A stretch of DNA of 64,000 nt from Lama glama (Eukaryota). The stretch covers positions 94,366,001-94,430,000 of the forward strand of contig CM052816.1 of the NCBI GenBank assembly GCA_028534125.1. The letters are read 5' to 3'. The notes beneath the pieces were generated by a model that did not search any database, had not been told where the DNA came from, and saw only the letters and a program-made list of their open reading frames with translations. Made by a program: the position numbers and the translations under genes. Positions 36,297 to 49,369 of the stretch are shown here, in pieces. Position 1 is the first letter of the stretch. Each line of letters opens with the position of its first letter.

Positions 36297-37153
36297 TGTT
36301 GTTTATCTCTTTCATATGTAGTAGTTAGTATTTGCAAATCCCGAGCTCCCAATAAATGAACATTTTAGTACTAGATATACACTACTATTATTTCTAGTAG
36401 TGATAATTAATAATAGTGCTTATTTTCTGAAAAACATCTAGGTTTATTGGTTAATGTGTGGAATCAGGTTGTGACCAGGTCACTGTTGTGTCACTGGCCC
36501 CCAGATGAGTGCCAGGCACAGAGGACAGGTTCAGTATATTTTGTGGAGGGTGTGAGTTTACGAAGGAGCGTTGTGTTTTCCTATTTGACTGTAGTGCAAA
36601 AGGAAATGCTGTGTCTGATTGTGATGAAAGGCCCTGGTTCAGCTGTGTGGCACAAGGGTCTCATCTCCGTTACAACAATCGTATCCTTTTCCCCTGATGT
36701 TAATGGCTGTATTGTATCTGTCGCTTCCTCTGTGGGCTACCTGGGTATTGTTTCAGAACAGCCCATTCACTTTGATGAATCCCAGGCCCCCAAATTGCAA
36801 TTTCCTCCGTAAACACCCCAATCGAAAGTCACTTAATCAGGTGGAATGAGATAGTTTCAGCTTAAAATGAGGCCTATTAACTGAAACATACCCTTCACTA
36901 ATAAAATATATAGACAGGTATCTTTTGTTCTTGAACTAGACTGATGTGCCTTATTTCAGCTAAAAGTAAAGAAAAAAATGAACTCCCGTGTTAGTACATG
37001 AATCAGCAACTTCACACATAAGAGAGACAAATACCCAGTTCCTTTTGTTTCTATACAGTTACACCAAATTTACCATATTTGTTGACTATGTCTTTCAATA
37101 ATTTCCAACTATTCTTTGAAGACATACTCTTCCCTAGAGCTCAGAGCAATCCA

Positions 37154-37197
37154 ACTATTATTATTATTACTATTATTACTATTATTATTATTGTTAT
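37154..37197. repeat. Imperfect (ATT)n microsatellite
   Basis: actattattattattactattattactattattattattgttat. Confidence 0.9.
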
Positions 37198-37869
37198 CTT
37201 TTATTTCCTTTGTGTTTGGGAGGTTTCTCACCTATTTGCACTTGATGAAACAACGTATTGTCATATTAAAATCTTCTAATTATTACAGATGCTGAAACAT
37301 GTCTTTCTCTGTAGTTGTTGTTTATTTGTATGTTTGTTTAATGGTGGCACACTGTATGTCTTGCATATGTATATGGGTTTTTTGGTTATTGTCGGCTTTT
37401 TTAAATGTATTAGTGCAAGATATATCGTGAGCATCTTTGTGTGGAAGCTTCTGGACACTTGGAAATCTTAACTTCTCCCCAACTGTATACAAGGATAATT
37501 TCAGTCTTATCCACAGGTTATGGGAAGTAGAGTCTTCATATAAAATTGTTACAAGGATTTCTGTTGAATAATTATAATTGCTGTTGTAGCAAAGCCTGTG
37601 TCAGCTCGTTTGAGGGTCTATCTTGCAGCGTTTTCTCAGGATAAAACTCTACAAAGTGAAGATGGCTTTAAAACAGCTGTTCACAGAAAGCCACTCCACT
37701 AAAAGCTAAAATCTGAACACTGGAAGGGAACAGGTAGTTTTTGTTAGAAACGTGGACCCCATGTAAATGTTGGCACGTGGTGAACAGTAGTCACCCTAAT
37801 ACTCTCTATGCCAGCTGGTGTTGTTGAAAAGCAGCCAGAATGTTATTTTGCATCTCTTGTGACCTTCTC

Positions 37870-38286
37870 CTGATGTGAGTCTGCCACTCTTCCATTGATG
37901 GACGGACTCACTGTTCCCTCTCCTTCACTTAACGTGGGCTTGAGACTACGGCAGAAGTGACACTGTCTGACTTTTAAGACTAGAGCAGGAAAAGAGTATG
38001 CCTCCTCTCTGGTTCCCTTAGGGTGCTCATTCTTAGAATCCAGCCTCCATGAAGTGGAGGGGGCTATATGGAAAGATGCTCAGTTTGCACCATCTCAACT
38101 CTCAGCCGACACCAGCCCCAAATTGACAACCTTTCCAAAGAGCCATCTACAGTCGAGTCCCCAGTCAAGTAGCCCCAGCCGATCCCATTAACACTTGGAG
38201 ATTGATGACCAAGATGAATGATTGTAATTTTAAGCCAGTAAGTTTTGAGGTGATTTGCTTTATAGCAGTTGCAGGTAACTGATCCA
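37870..38286 (+). mobile_element. MaLR solo LTR (MLT1F/G/H-like)
   Basis: ggcagaagtgacactgtctgactttta…ctcattcttagaatccagcctccatg…ttttaagccagtaagttttgaggtgatttgctttatagcag…taactgatcca terminus. Confidence 0.8.
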
Positions 38287-38396
38287 CTTGTTTTTCCATG
38301 CTTATAAAAATCCTCCCTATACTTAGACCATCCCTATACTTTTCTCTAATTGTAAGTCTTACGTTTCTGTACATCCTGAGATAATTTCAAAAGGTA

Positions 38397-39078
38397 AGCT
38401 TATTGAAACATAACTCACATACTCTCCAGTTCACCCATTTCAGTGGTTTTCAGTATATTTACAGGATTGCGCAACCATCAGCCCAATCTAAGTTTGAAAT
38501 GCTTTTGTCCCCTCAGTGAGAAATCTCGTTCCTATTAATAGTCACTCCTCATTCTCCCAAACCTCACAGCCCGAGGAAAACAACTTTCAGTCTTTATAGA
38601 TTTTTCTATTCTGGCCATTTCATATAAATGAAATAATAAATAGATGGTCTTTTGTGACTGGCTTCTTTTACCTTTCATAATGTTTTAAGGTTCATCGAGG
38701 TTGTAGTATGCATCATTATTTCATTCCTTTTTATTTCCAAATAATGTTCCATTGTATGGATAAATCTTATTTCACTTACCCATTCATCTGTTGTTGGACT
38801 TTTGGGTTGTTTCTACTTTTTGGTCACAGGGGATAATGTTGCTATGAATAGGTGTGTATAAGGTCTTGTGTGAACATATGTTTTTACTTCTCTTGAGAAA
38901 ATACCTAGAAATGGAAATGCTGGCCATCTGATAACTCTAAGCTCAACATTTTGAGAAACTGCCAAACTATTTTGCAAAGAGGCTGTACCTGTTAGGGCTC
39001 CAGTTGCTTCACATCCTTGCCTATACCTCTCCATGTCTTTCTAATTTATTATAGCTGTCCTCATGGGCTGAGGCATCT
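38397..39078 (-). mobile_element. L1 3' end (L1MB-like)
   Basis: gcttattgaaacataactcacata…cagtggttttcagtatatttacagg…ttctggccatttcatataaatgaaat…tgtgactggcttctttta…ttttgagaaactgccaaactatttt…tccagttgcttcacatccttgcc. Confidence 0.9.
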
Positions 39079-42000
39079 TTCTGAAGTGAACTGCTAGACC
39101 AGAGGCTGAGGACATACACCAAACAATCCTATGGCAGATCGATAATATGTTTAAAATATTTAAATATTATATTAAAAAATTGATCAGTATATTTATGCTG
39201 TAGACAAAGTAAGTTCCCAAACATGAGTTGTTGTAAGCCTCAGTATTCCTGCCAGAAGGCAAGTTATGTGAGTCTCAGATGGAAGAGCCAATGATGTTTG
39301 TCTTGCAGACTACAGCGGTAAGGTGGGAGGGATAGGGTAAGTTGGGGAGGAGATCTGTAAGAGCTGCCGTCAAATATTTGTGGTGGAAAAGAAGAAGTAA
39401 ATGCCTGTTGGACAAATGCTGTACCACTAAGAGAATTAGGACAAAGGATCCACATCTGGAGTAGGTAGGTCTCAGTTTTGTATCGGACATGATTCTTACT
39501 TGCAAACTTAGGTGACGTTAAGCTGAAAAGGAATAACTCAAAGACATAGGTAACTCATGAAATATTTGGAAGGTCCCAATAGTCAGGCTTGGGGTTCATA
39601 TTGCTAAGGATGATGGACAGTTTAATTGCAAGTCTACCTTGGGGAGGGGTTCAAAGGGTGATGATTTTCAAAAATGGGAGGAATGTCCTCAAGGATGCTG
39701 GCAAATGACAAATTTAGGAAATTACCAAAACATACAACTGGTTCCTGCTGTCTCTTCAGGAAATTCACTAACAAGCAAGGATCAATGGTAGACCTTTTGG
39801 CCAGTGGGTGGCAGCACAGAAATGTAGCATAGGTGCCTATAAACATGCTGGTAAGTGATCCCTGCAGCCCTAGGTGGGGCCTTTTGCTGCCAGCTTCATC
39901 CATTGCTTTTCCACGAGATGCTCAAAAAGCATTGTTCTTTTTCTGACTAGGATATGGAACTTCTAGGATACTAGGATATGAAGAAAGTTGAGAAGGATGT
40001 GTGCTGTAGCATTACCTAACCTCTCCCCCCCCAAAAAATTAGACTTCCCATAATTTCAAAGAAAGAAATACTGAATTCCTGATTATTAGCATTAAGCAAA
40101 GATAGTCTGAATGAGTGGTCTAAGATATTCATAATTTCTAAATATTTGGTATCTGTCAGCAGACCAATTACTATCATGTAGCATTAGAAACTGTTGCCTC
40201 CATAGCAAGTCCAGTTAAAGACTTAAGCTAAGATATTTGATTTTCTTTGATAATTAGGGGGAAAGGCATAATTACTGGGCTGAAAACATTTCTTCCAGTT
40301 TCAAGGACAAGCTAAATTTTCAGGGCTTCTGCCATGGCAGAAAGTAAGCTCGTAGTGGCTCCTGAAGATAAAGTGTGTTATCCTGTTTTAAGGACTTATT
40401 TCCAAATAGATATGGGGTATGAGCTAAAATTTAGAACAGTGGGAAAAATAATATATTTGGCATCAGTAGATTTGAGTCAAATTCTTCCTAGTGTTTTCTT
40501 ATTGAATAGCTTTGGTTAAGGTATGTAACATCTCTTCAAAACTAAATTTGATTATCTAGTTAATTATCTTAGGACGAAATGTATGCAAATTATAACATAA
40601 CTTATACAAACACATGTTAATTAATTTATTATGATCTCATGGAAATCTATGTTCCTTAATTAGTATATATCAGCTTAGTGAATTGCTATTCTACAGTCTT
40701 TCTTAGGCAGTTAAACATACACAATCTCAAACTTTGGATGAGTTTATGAAACCCAAAAGTTTCATGGAGTTTCTTTAGTTACTTAGGGAATTGGGAGAGA
40801 AGAGGATGTTTGGCTGAGAAAAAAAAATCATAATATATTAGCTTTTAAAGTTTTACTTATTGTCAGATTATTACATGAGTTTGTCTATAAATATAATGTT
40901 GAAGGGAGAGTGTGGGAGGTGTTTTGAAGCTCTTTGATTACACTTAACTTTGTTAAATTTCAGCTTTCTGGGACAATATTCCTTCTCTCACTTTTCTTAA
41001 TTAAAGTCTTCGTAAAGAAATAAAGAAGCATGTGTCCACATCCCTTGATAACCAGGTCATGTGCGTTGCTGTGATTTAAAATCCTCTGAAACCGCAGGCA
41101 TGTAGAAGTCCCAGCACAGGCCAGTCTCTGATATCAAGGGGTCTGGGGAAAATCAAAGAAAGCAAGTTGTGTTCCTCATCTTGCTCAGCACATGGGACAG
41201 TTGTTGTATATGAGAGAAGACAGAGATCAGTCCTGTAGAAGGAGGAGCTCAGAGCCAAAGAAGACAAGAAGGAGGTTAGACCCTAAGGTTTGTGTAAATC
41301 TTGGGCCAGTGGGGATGCTCACAAAATGAGATCTGGAGCCCCAAGTGGTTCTACTTAAATCTCAAGGATATGAGCACGATTTGAATTATGCCCAGAAAAG
41401 TGCATTTGTCTTCTTTGATTTGTTCTCGAGGAGGGTCTTTGATCATGCCTGGTTTATGGAAACTGCTCTTTGCACAGCGGTTACAATGAAGAAAATTGAC
41501 ATTATTTCATTAATTATATGAGTAATAAGAGTAATACATTTCTTTCATAACCATGAAGGTTGAATTGATTGTGTAAAATTCATTCCAGGAATTCTGATGT
41601 TTTATTGCTGTCAGGCTGTTTTATAGAAGTGAAGTGAGTCCACTTAGTTCATTCAAATTGTTGGGAAAATTAAGAAACTGTTAACAAGCGAATTTGGTGA
41701 AACGCATTTTATGCCTTTTCCAAAAATTCTTATTTGATAACGAAATTCCTAGCATCAACACTAGTACTTTATAACTTCATAACTGGTGATGATTCAGTTT
41801 TTGGTGGAGTGAATGAATTAATAATTAAATAAATAACAACTGTTAAAAATTATATGTAGAAAGAGAGTAAGTGGATGAAATTTAATCGTTTTAGATAGAG
41901 TTAGGAGTTGCATGATCATGATGTGACTATTTCAATAGCAACAGTACCTCACTTAACCAAGTGAAGTGTCTTCTTTATTCACAATAATGTGATATATCTG

Positions 42001-42499
42001 GGTATTTGCTTAAATTTTACCTTTTTGATAACGTGCACATAAAGAATGAATGAGAAATCACATTTTCACCTTGTTAACTTCCCTCATTTATGATTTCATT
42101 TTTTAAACTATTTTGCTTTGTGAAAAGCTAAGCTGCTATTCTTTTCGTTGCTAGGATTTACATTTTTTTTAAAGCATTATGACTTTATAATGACACAGTA
42201 TCACTTTACGCCTGGTAGGAAGGAATCCAGAAGTTTACTACTGGAGACGAGATGGCTTAGAGGGGCTGCCAGGGTCACCCTAAGCCCCTACTTGGGGTCC
42301 ACTCCCAGTTACCAAGTATTTGTGCTGACACAGTGTATTGCTGGCCTCTGAGTAGTGACTCGAACAGATGTGGGCACATTAGCACACCTCTCTGAGTCTT
42401 TTTGTCCCAGCAGTGTGCACTGAGTAGAGTCTGATGGTCAAACATATCAGGATAATTGGAGGCCTTGGTTTTGACCTGTGAAGAAAGACAGAATGCTTG

Positions 42500-42646
42500 G
42501 TTATTCAGCTTTTTGAAAGATTTGATGAGATATCCCAGTATCTTTCAAAAAAATATTTTTTGCTTGTTTTTTGTCACTGTTTTTTACTTAAACTAGTTCA
42601 AATTGAGCTTCTGTTACTTACAACCAAATGAGTCCTGGCTAAATCA
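42500..42646 (+). mobile_element. 3' end of an old ERVL/MaLR LTR (MLT1K/L-like)
   Basis: cttaaactagttcaaattgagcttctgttacttacaaccaaatgagtcctggctaaatca resembles the MLT1K/L 3' terminus. Confidence 0.6.
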
Positions 42647-42739
42647 TGTATTTGAAAATTGATGGGTAAGCTTTTTAAAGGCAGACCCATCACTTTTTCT
42701 CCTCTGTTTTAAGACACATAAAAGATGCTTTTAAAAAGC

Positions 42740-43230
42740 TATTAATGAGTCAAAGCATTCCAGAATATTGACTACTGGCAAGACCTCTAAAAACTGAATC
42801 CCCAGTAAAGAGCAAGATAAGAAATCTGCTGTCCACATGCAGCTATGACTTGGATAATATTTTGTAGTTGGTTAAAGGATCTTCTCCTTGGGTAAAAAGA
42901 CTCGATTGACTAACAAAAGAGTTCTAGAATTAACTGTTAGGCCAGTTATTTGTGAATATTTGTAAAAAAGTCATCACAAGGAGCCAATCAGGGTTCATTA
43001 AGAGGAGGCTTTAGAAACTGCCTTGTTGGGTTTTTTTTTTTTCATTTTTCTTTTTATAAAAAAAAATGGATTACCTTAGAGATAAGAGCAGTGACAATCT
43101 GAAGATGCAATGCTTCCTAATTGCAATAAAGCCTCTGACCATCTCTTGTGATGTTCTTGGGTAAAATGAGGAAATGAAGTGTTTGTGCATGACGGTACAG
43201 TTCACATCTGCACTGGCTGTGGAAATAAAC
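42740..43230 (+). mobile_element. CR1/L3 LINE reverse-transcriptase region relic
   Basis: ttctagaatt…atttgtgaatatttg…catcacaaggagccaatcagggttcattaagagg…gatgcaatgcttcctaattgcaataaagcctctgaccatctcttgtgatgttctt…gacggtacagtt is collinear with the recalled CR1 'QHGF…YLDFSKAFD…HDIL' region. Confidence 0.6.
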
Positions 43231-43359
43231 TCTTGCCCAGAGAATACTGGATATTAAACTGGGGCACTTTTTTTTTTTTTTAAATCCTGTCTCCTCGGAC
43301 CTAGAGCAACAGAGGGAAATTCAACCTAAGACAGAAATCTTGTCTCCCAAAAGCTTCAG

Positions 43360-43471
43360 ATATTTTATTTTGCACAGCTATCATATTGCTTTTAATAATG
43401 ATAAACATAAAAATAATATTTTATTTTTGCATGGCTATTATTGTTGCTTTTAATAAGGATTAAGTCTATAA
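43360..43471 (+). repeat. Old imperfect ~56-bp tandem duplication
   Basis: atattttattttgcacagctatcatattgcttttaataatgataa (from 43360) versus atattttatttttgcatggctattattgttgcttttaataaggatta (from 43416). Confidence 0.8.
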
Positions 43472-43489
43472 TGCAAATAAGTTTTCATT

Positions 43490-43712
43490 CATTGTGTTTC
43501 TGAATCCTTACAACTTACCTAGGAGGAAGGTTGCATTGTCCCCATGTTGAAATGAAGGTGCATTGTCCCCATGTTGAAATGAAGGTGAGAGGGGCAGATT
43601 TAGCAACTTGCTACTAACTAATAGCTAAAGTTGCTAACGTTATCTGTTCAGTTTCAGAATGGATTTGAATCTAAATTTCCTTTACCTTGGAAGTGAGTTT
43701 GCTTCCACACTG
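43490..43712 (-). mobile_element. MIR SINE carrying an internal duplication
   Basis: tgaatccttacaacttacctaggaggaagg…attgtccccatgttgaaatgaagg…ggatttgaatcta. Confidence 0.7.
43533..43586 (+). repeat. Exact 27-bp tandem duplication
   Basis: gcattgtccccatgttgaaatgaaggt x2. Confidence 0.97.
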
Positions 43713-45759
43713 CTGTATAATGTATTTAAATCAAGTAAGTTGTCCAGGCAACAAGTGTTAGGCTCTGTAACTTTACCTGAATGATATGTTAGAGGGGAGA
43801 GAGAAATTCAGGCAGTGGTCTTTAAAAATACAGTTTTTCATAAAAAAAAAAAACCCAACTGTCATTATTGCTAGGAAGTTAAAAACATTGAAAGATTTGT
43901 TGAGGCATTTGTTTCTCTACCTGGGAGGTCAACTCCAGTCCATTTTGCTGGGGTTTCTGTTTTTTCATTTTCTACCAGTTTTAGCTCTGAGGGAGCACTC
44001 TTTCCATCAGGTTCCTTCACTTTGTTTTCACATATAATCATATGAAAAATCTTTCAAGTTCTCTTTAAAAATAAATTAAGCCATCACTCACAGCAAGCAT
44101 ATACTCTCTATGTAACAAAATGAAATACAGAGGATAATTTACAACTAAGGTAATATTTAACTTGCTGTCAGACCTACAGTCTTGTCACAGACCTGATCTG
44201 TTTGGATGGGTGTCACTTGGGATCCTTGGGGTGCCCCTGGGTCTCCTCTCCTGGAGAATAGTAGGTCAAGATGGCAAGTTTAATTTTATTGATTGAGTTT
44301 TTCAGACGACTCATTTTAGTCTTCAAATCCATCACACATTTTCTTCTAATTTATACCCTAAGAAAGATGCACAATTGTAGCTCTGCTTTATTTCTTTATT
44401 TCTTCCTATTAAATTGAAGCTGCTTTTTAAATATTCTGATCGTAACTGAAGTTTTGGTATAGAAGCCTTATCTTCCTGATGAAAGCACTAGGAAAAGAAC
44501 TGTTCTTGGTAGGTGAGTATTTGCATTTCTTACGTATCGAGGTGCTAAATACCTCTACAAAGAGTAAATAATTTTAAACTCAGCCTTCATCATAATAGCA
44601 GAAACAGCAAATGGTGTTACTGATATATCCCATTCATGTTCATTTTCTTCATCCTAAAATAAGAAAATAAAACACTAACTTTATTTACCATTTCCGTCTG
44701 GTCATATTCAATATTTATTTTTCACAGGAAGATATAAGATCTGAAGCTCTCATTTCTTCCTTCTTTTAATCTAATTTGCCACAGGGTATACATACCACTT
44801 TTGCATTGACTAAAATTATAGCTTTGTTTTTACTCATCTTTAGCATTACCTCAGGCTCATATAGAAGATTTTATTATCAAGAAATCATCCTACTTTCATA
44901 TGCTGTTTCAGTACCATTTCCCCATTTTTACTATGCATATAATTAATCAAAAGTTAACCTTATATAATCTTTTCTTCTCAAGCCAGTATATCTGTTTTGT
45001 TTTATTTTTAACCTATTTTAAGCCACTGAGGATGGCAACTGTGGGAGGTTGCTAAACTCTAATTTCTAGAAGGAATGACTGCTCAGTGGTTTTTTTACTC
45101 TCTGTTTACTATATGCAAAAGCATTGTTTATATCTCCAATTTATAAAAAGATTATTTAAATTATACCCATTTAGTCAACATCATTGGAAAATGAGTTTAA
45201 AAGAAATAGAATTTACATTTAATTAGAATCTGATCTTTGTCAGCACTATAACATTTTTATTTAAATTATCTTATAAAATTATTTCTGTATTAACATTGCT
45301 CTATTTCCTTTACTGAATTAAGAGCAAATACGGAAAACGTTCCAGCATTTTTTTGATGCCTTGATGTTGTTTGTGGGAATTCTAAGTCCACTAGATTTCA
45401 CCCATAATTGTAGAAGCAAGGGCTGTGAAACTTTGCAGCAACAGACTTATGTCCCAAGACAACCTCAGACAGTTGCTTTGTTGAATATATTCCTGAAAGC
45501 TGTTTTTCTTTTTTTTTCTTTTCTTTTTTTAAATCATCTACAACTTTGCCATAAAAAAAAAATTAATGAAAACATTTAGCTGTGTGAGCTCAGGAACGCT
45601 GAGACTTTCTGAAGTGGTAATTGTGGAATAAAAGGTCAAAGCAATTTTCTCCCAGTTGATGTCATAAAAGTGATAGTTTGTATGTGTATAGTTCCTTACA
45701 GCTGACCGGCCACTTCTGCAAACATTGCTACAATCTTGCTACACGTTGCGCTCATCTCC

Positions 45760-46050
45760 CTCCATAGGTAAAGAAATTCGGGAAACTTGGGGCTTAAGTG
45801 TCTTCTCCAACATTACACAATATACTAGCTCCAGATCCAAGACTAGAAATCAATGTTTGAATTGCTAGTAATAATAATATTAACTAAAAATCAGTGAGGA
45901 CTTACTCTGGGGCATTGTGCCTCACACATGATCTTATTAATCCTCTCCATCTGCAAGCATAGACAATTATAATGCCCATCCGACAGGTGAGGTTTAATGA
46001 GATAAGGTATCTTGCCTAATGCCATGTGGCAAAGCATGGATACTCAAGAT
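45760..46050 (-). mobile_element. MIR fragments (two, antisense)
   Basis: ggaaacttggggcttaagtgtcttctccaacattacaca and aataatattaactaa…gaggacttactctggggcattgtgc…attataatgcccatccgacaggtgagg…aggtatcttgcctaatgcca. Confidence 0.6.
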
Positions 46051-46097
46051 GTAAAAGTTATCCATAACTGAAAATGTTATAAACTGTTATTTTATTA

Positions 46098-46256
46098 CAT
46101 TATTTAACCTCTCTATGTTTTAGTTTCCTCATCTGTTAATATAAGGTTAATAATTCTATCTACCTCATAGGGTTGTGAGACTTTCAAAGTTAATATATGT
46201 AAAGAGCTTAAAACAGTGTGCAATGTGCAGTAAACACAATAAATATGTTATTATTT
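46098..46256 (+). mobile_element. MIR SINE
   Basis: ttatttaacctctctatgttttagtttcctcatctgttaat…tacctcatagggttgtgag…tatgtaaagagcttaaaacagtg…cagtaaacacaataaatatgttatt. Confidence 0.9.
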
Positions 46257-47271
46257 TTATGGGATATTAGCCTAAGAATATCTGCTTTTTTTTTTTTAAT
46301 TTAAAAGGCAATAGTAAACCCTGAACACTTAATGTAATATAGCTTGGTGTTAAATCAATTAAAATTGACAGAAATACATTTCCATATGTACGTGGCAAGT
46401 AATAAAAATGCCCTAATAAAATTAGGACTAAGCCAATTAAATTATAAACAATGTCATCAAATCGGACCAGTCATGGGTTAAAAGAATGTGAATGTCAGTG
46501 ATACCCCTTTGATAACTAGGTCAGTAAGAAAGACATTTGAAAGTAAAGAGTAGTTATCTGGATGGATTCTGTGGAGTGACAGGTGAGTAAAACTTGTTTT
46601 CCTTCATATGTTTGAAGTTCACAGGCAGGGGATCAGATTGCAATGTGTTTTGTTTCGCCATGACAAAGAATAAGAGAGTCACTTAGCAAAAACCTTGCTG
46701 CTAACAGTCAGCTCAGCCCTACCCTTCTGTCCACTGACTCTGCTGTGACGGTGGCCCCTGTCCTGAGCTGCAGTTGCAGATGCTGGAGGAGGGAGCAGGG
46801 TAAGGGATTTCGTGAAAAGAGTTAAAGTTTATGATCAGTCTTCTTCATCTCCTTTTCCCCAGATCCACCCTAGAGGATTTCCATGTACAAGCCAACAAAG
46901 GAGAAAGTTTAGACATCCTTCAAGTTGCGTTTGCTCTATCTGAGATCAGTTTACGGGAAAACTATTTTAGGCTTCTTTATAACTATTTAGCCATCGACTC
47001 CATTTTTTTTTTAACTGCCAAGAAGTATTTAGTTTATCACATAAACACAGCCTTGGAGTCACATCTCAAAGCTGGGAAATAAATTCCTTCGAACTGTTGA
47101 AGGCTTCACCCAGTTAAAATTAGACTTAACTCCTACAGCTCTTTAGACTTACTGGGCTGGGAGTTTGGGAACATCAGTGGAGGAGCTTTGTGAGGGACGT
47201 GCTGCATGAGCTCATTTACATCCGAGAGGAAAAGAAGCAGCAAGAGAGGTGTATGGTAGGGTCTTGAGAGG

Positions 47272-47560
47272 ATTCATTCATTTGTTCACTCAGCTATATA
47301 TGGATTCAACCAGTCAGCAAGCATTTATTGAGCTCTTAGGTGGCAGACTGGAAAGATTAATGACAGTATGTGCCTCCTTCCAGAAGTCTGTAATAGTAGA
47401 GGAGGAAAGTATGTAACGGCTGACAACACTGTAGGATTAAAAATGATGACAAATGTGCTCTGTGACATTGTGGAAACTGGTTAAAAGTAGCCTGGATAGA
47501 TGAGAAGAGAGTGACATCACGGAATCCGGGCCTTGAGGACTTGGGAGAAGCAAAAAGTAA
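47272..47560 (-). mobile_element. L2 3' end
   Basis: attcattcatttgttcactc…cagcaagcatttattgagctctta…tgcctccttccagaagtctgtaatagtagagg. Confidence 0.65.
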
Positions 47561-49369
47561 GGGAAGACGAGGAACACGGTTGCCACGTTACCTTCCTAAT
47601 TTGTTTCCCCTCTACTCGCCATCCAGATCATGTAGACTGGGTTTCCTTCTGTATGGGTTTGCTGAAATCAAAGAAGTACTCCTAACAATACAATTCGAAG
47701 AGAAGGTATTATTACTTTTACTTATAAGTGAACTAACAATAAAGCCACATGTGTCGCTGGTGGATAATGTCCCCTGAAGTAGAATCGGTTGACTATGAAA
47801 GTTTCTCCAAATATCCTGTTTTCTTGTTGCTGTCCAGTCATTAAGGCTTCAGTGCAGGCACAATAGGGGGCTTTGCTCTTTGCATCAGAGGAATTCTGGG
47901 GCCAGATGATGTCACGAAGTGCTGCATGATGTCACAGGCAGACTCGGGGACCAGGGAGATGAGATTACCCAGGAACAGAGGGCTCAGGACCGCTGCCCAA
48001 CCCTTGTTTGTGTCTTTCTGTGTCATCCTTTCTATCAGTCCAGCCTGAGAATCAGGCCATTTCCCTGGTGATAGTGTAAGATTGTTCAGACTGAGGGATT
48101 TTAACCTTTCGTTCTGTAGACAGTGAAAAAAATCACAATTGGAGGTGGAGGTGGTGGTTAGGGTGGCAGGGGTTGTGTTTGAAAGCAGGGCAGTACTATA
48201 ACCAGATTTTCCTTTGGGGAAAAAGTGACCCCTAGGGACCTTGTTGAGAATCAGATCGAAAGGCTAGGAGTTTGGCAAGACTCCAGGAGAGTGAAAACCA
48301 TACCCTGTCCCCAGGAGGTAGCCTGGGGCTGGAGTGGGATATGAGAGAGCTGAAGGCGGCGGGGTTTGGTCACTGGTTGGATGTCGACAGTCGCCGGGAA
48401 GACTTAGTGCATCCTTTTAGCCTAAACCTTCAGATGATTCAGGACATGGAGACAGAGAGAAGCAGGTGGAGATCCAAATTAATTGTTCTTTGCTCCCCAA
48501 AGCCTCCCCAAGGGACAGTCATCTCTCCTTCGCCTGCACCTCTCTTGGGACCCATCGTATTTCCTGACAGGTCTTAGAGTTATCTGTGTATATCTCTTCT
48601 CTCTCCCTGGATTGAAAGATCCCCGTGCATTTAGGTTAATCTCTACAGTGAAAATGCTTGTTATGGCCCGTGTTTCACAGAATACATAGCATCCATGGAT
48701 TTTAAAGGAAAAACTACAGGTTATTTTCCTAAATAAGCATCTCTTGATAATAATCTACCATTATGATTTTTATAGTATCTCCACTTAATTTTATTTAAAT
48801 GAGCATATTTTCTGTTTTTCTTTTTAAAATACTTAAATGACTCTTTTACTATGGGATGTTTTAGCTAACAAAATATGAATTCAATATTAAAATATTGTTT
48901 TTCACAAAATCTCTGCATTAATAAGAGCCCGTTCATATCAATTGACAATTGTGTTCTTTTACATCATCTGAATACTTTGCCATTTCAGAAATGATGGAGA
49001 CGGTTCTCTCTGCTGCTCTTTCTGCTTTCTGCTTAAGTTTTAACTTTCTACATGGTTTTTTGCTGTTCACTTTATGGTCTTAGTAAGCAGGAAAAAAATG
49101 AAAATAACTCAGAAAGTGTTTGGTGTGTACAATTTTAGAATACAGTGTTTGTTCATCATCTTATTTTATCTGCTGTTTTGACAAGTGTCTTAACAGATCA
49201 GAGAAAAGAGAAGCTTTTACATGATTAAATTATACTAAGAAACACAGACCTACCACGGCACAGTGTAGTGGAGAATTTTCTCAGTCAATGGCCACTCGAT
49301 GCGAGATGCTTCATGCCTGTATATAACTGGGCCTGGGAGTTAACTCTAGCTGGGGATGTCTTTAAAAAT

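Larger units (their letters stand above)
35730..36351 (-). mobile_element. L1 3' end (same type as 243-740), interrupted by a younger L1
   Basis: ttttacagtgttgtgttagtttctggtgtacagcatagtgattcag…gaatatagttccctgtgctg…tgttgtttatctc, resuming at 36297 (…atatgtagtagttagtatttgcaaatcccgagctccca). Outer TSD ataaatga(a)acatttta at 35713-35729 and 36352-36367. Confidence 0.88.

Noticed and set aside
42510..42551. 12-bp inverted repeat tttttgaaagat / atctttcaaaaa
   Set aside because: AT-rich arms that depend on homopolymer runs, within an old LTR; too short for a miRNA-type hairpin.
45324..45355. gcaaatacggaaaacgttccagcattttttt resembles the 3' end of U6 snRNA
   Set aside because: Only ~30 nt with several mismatches and no upstream U6 similarity; most likely chance.
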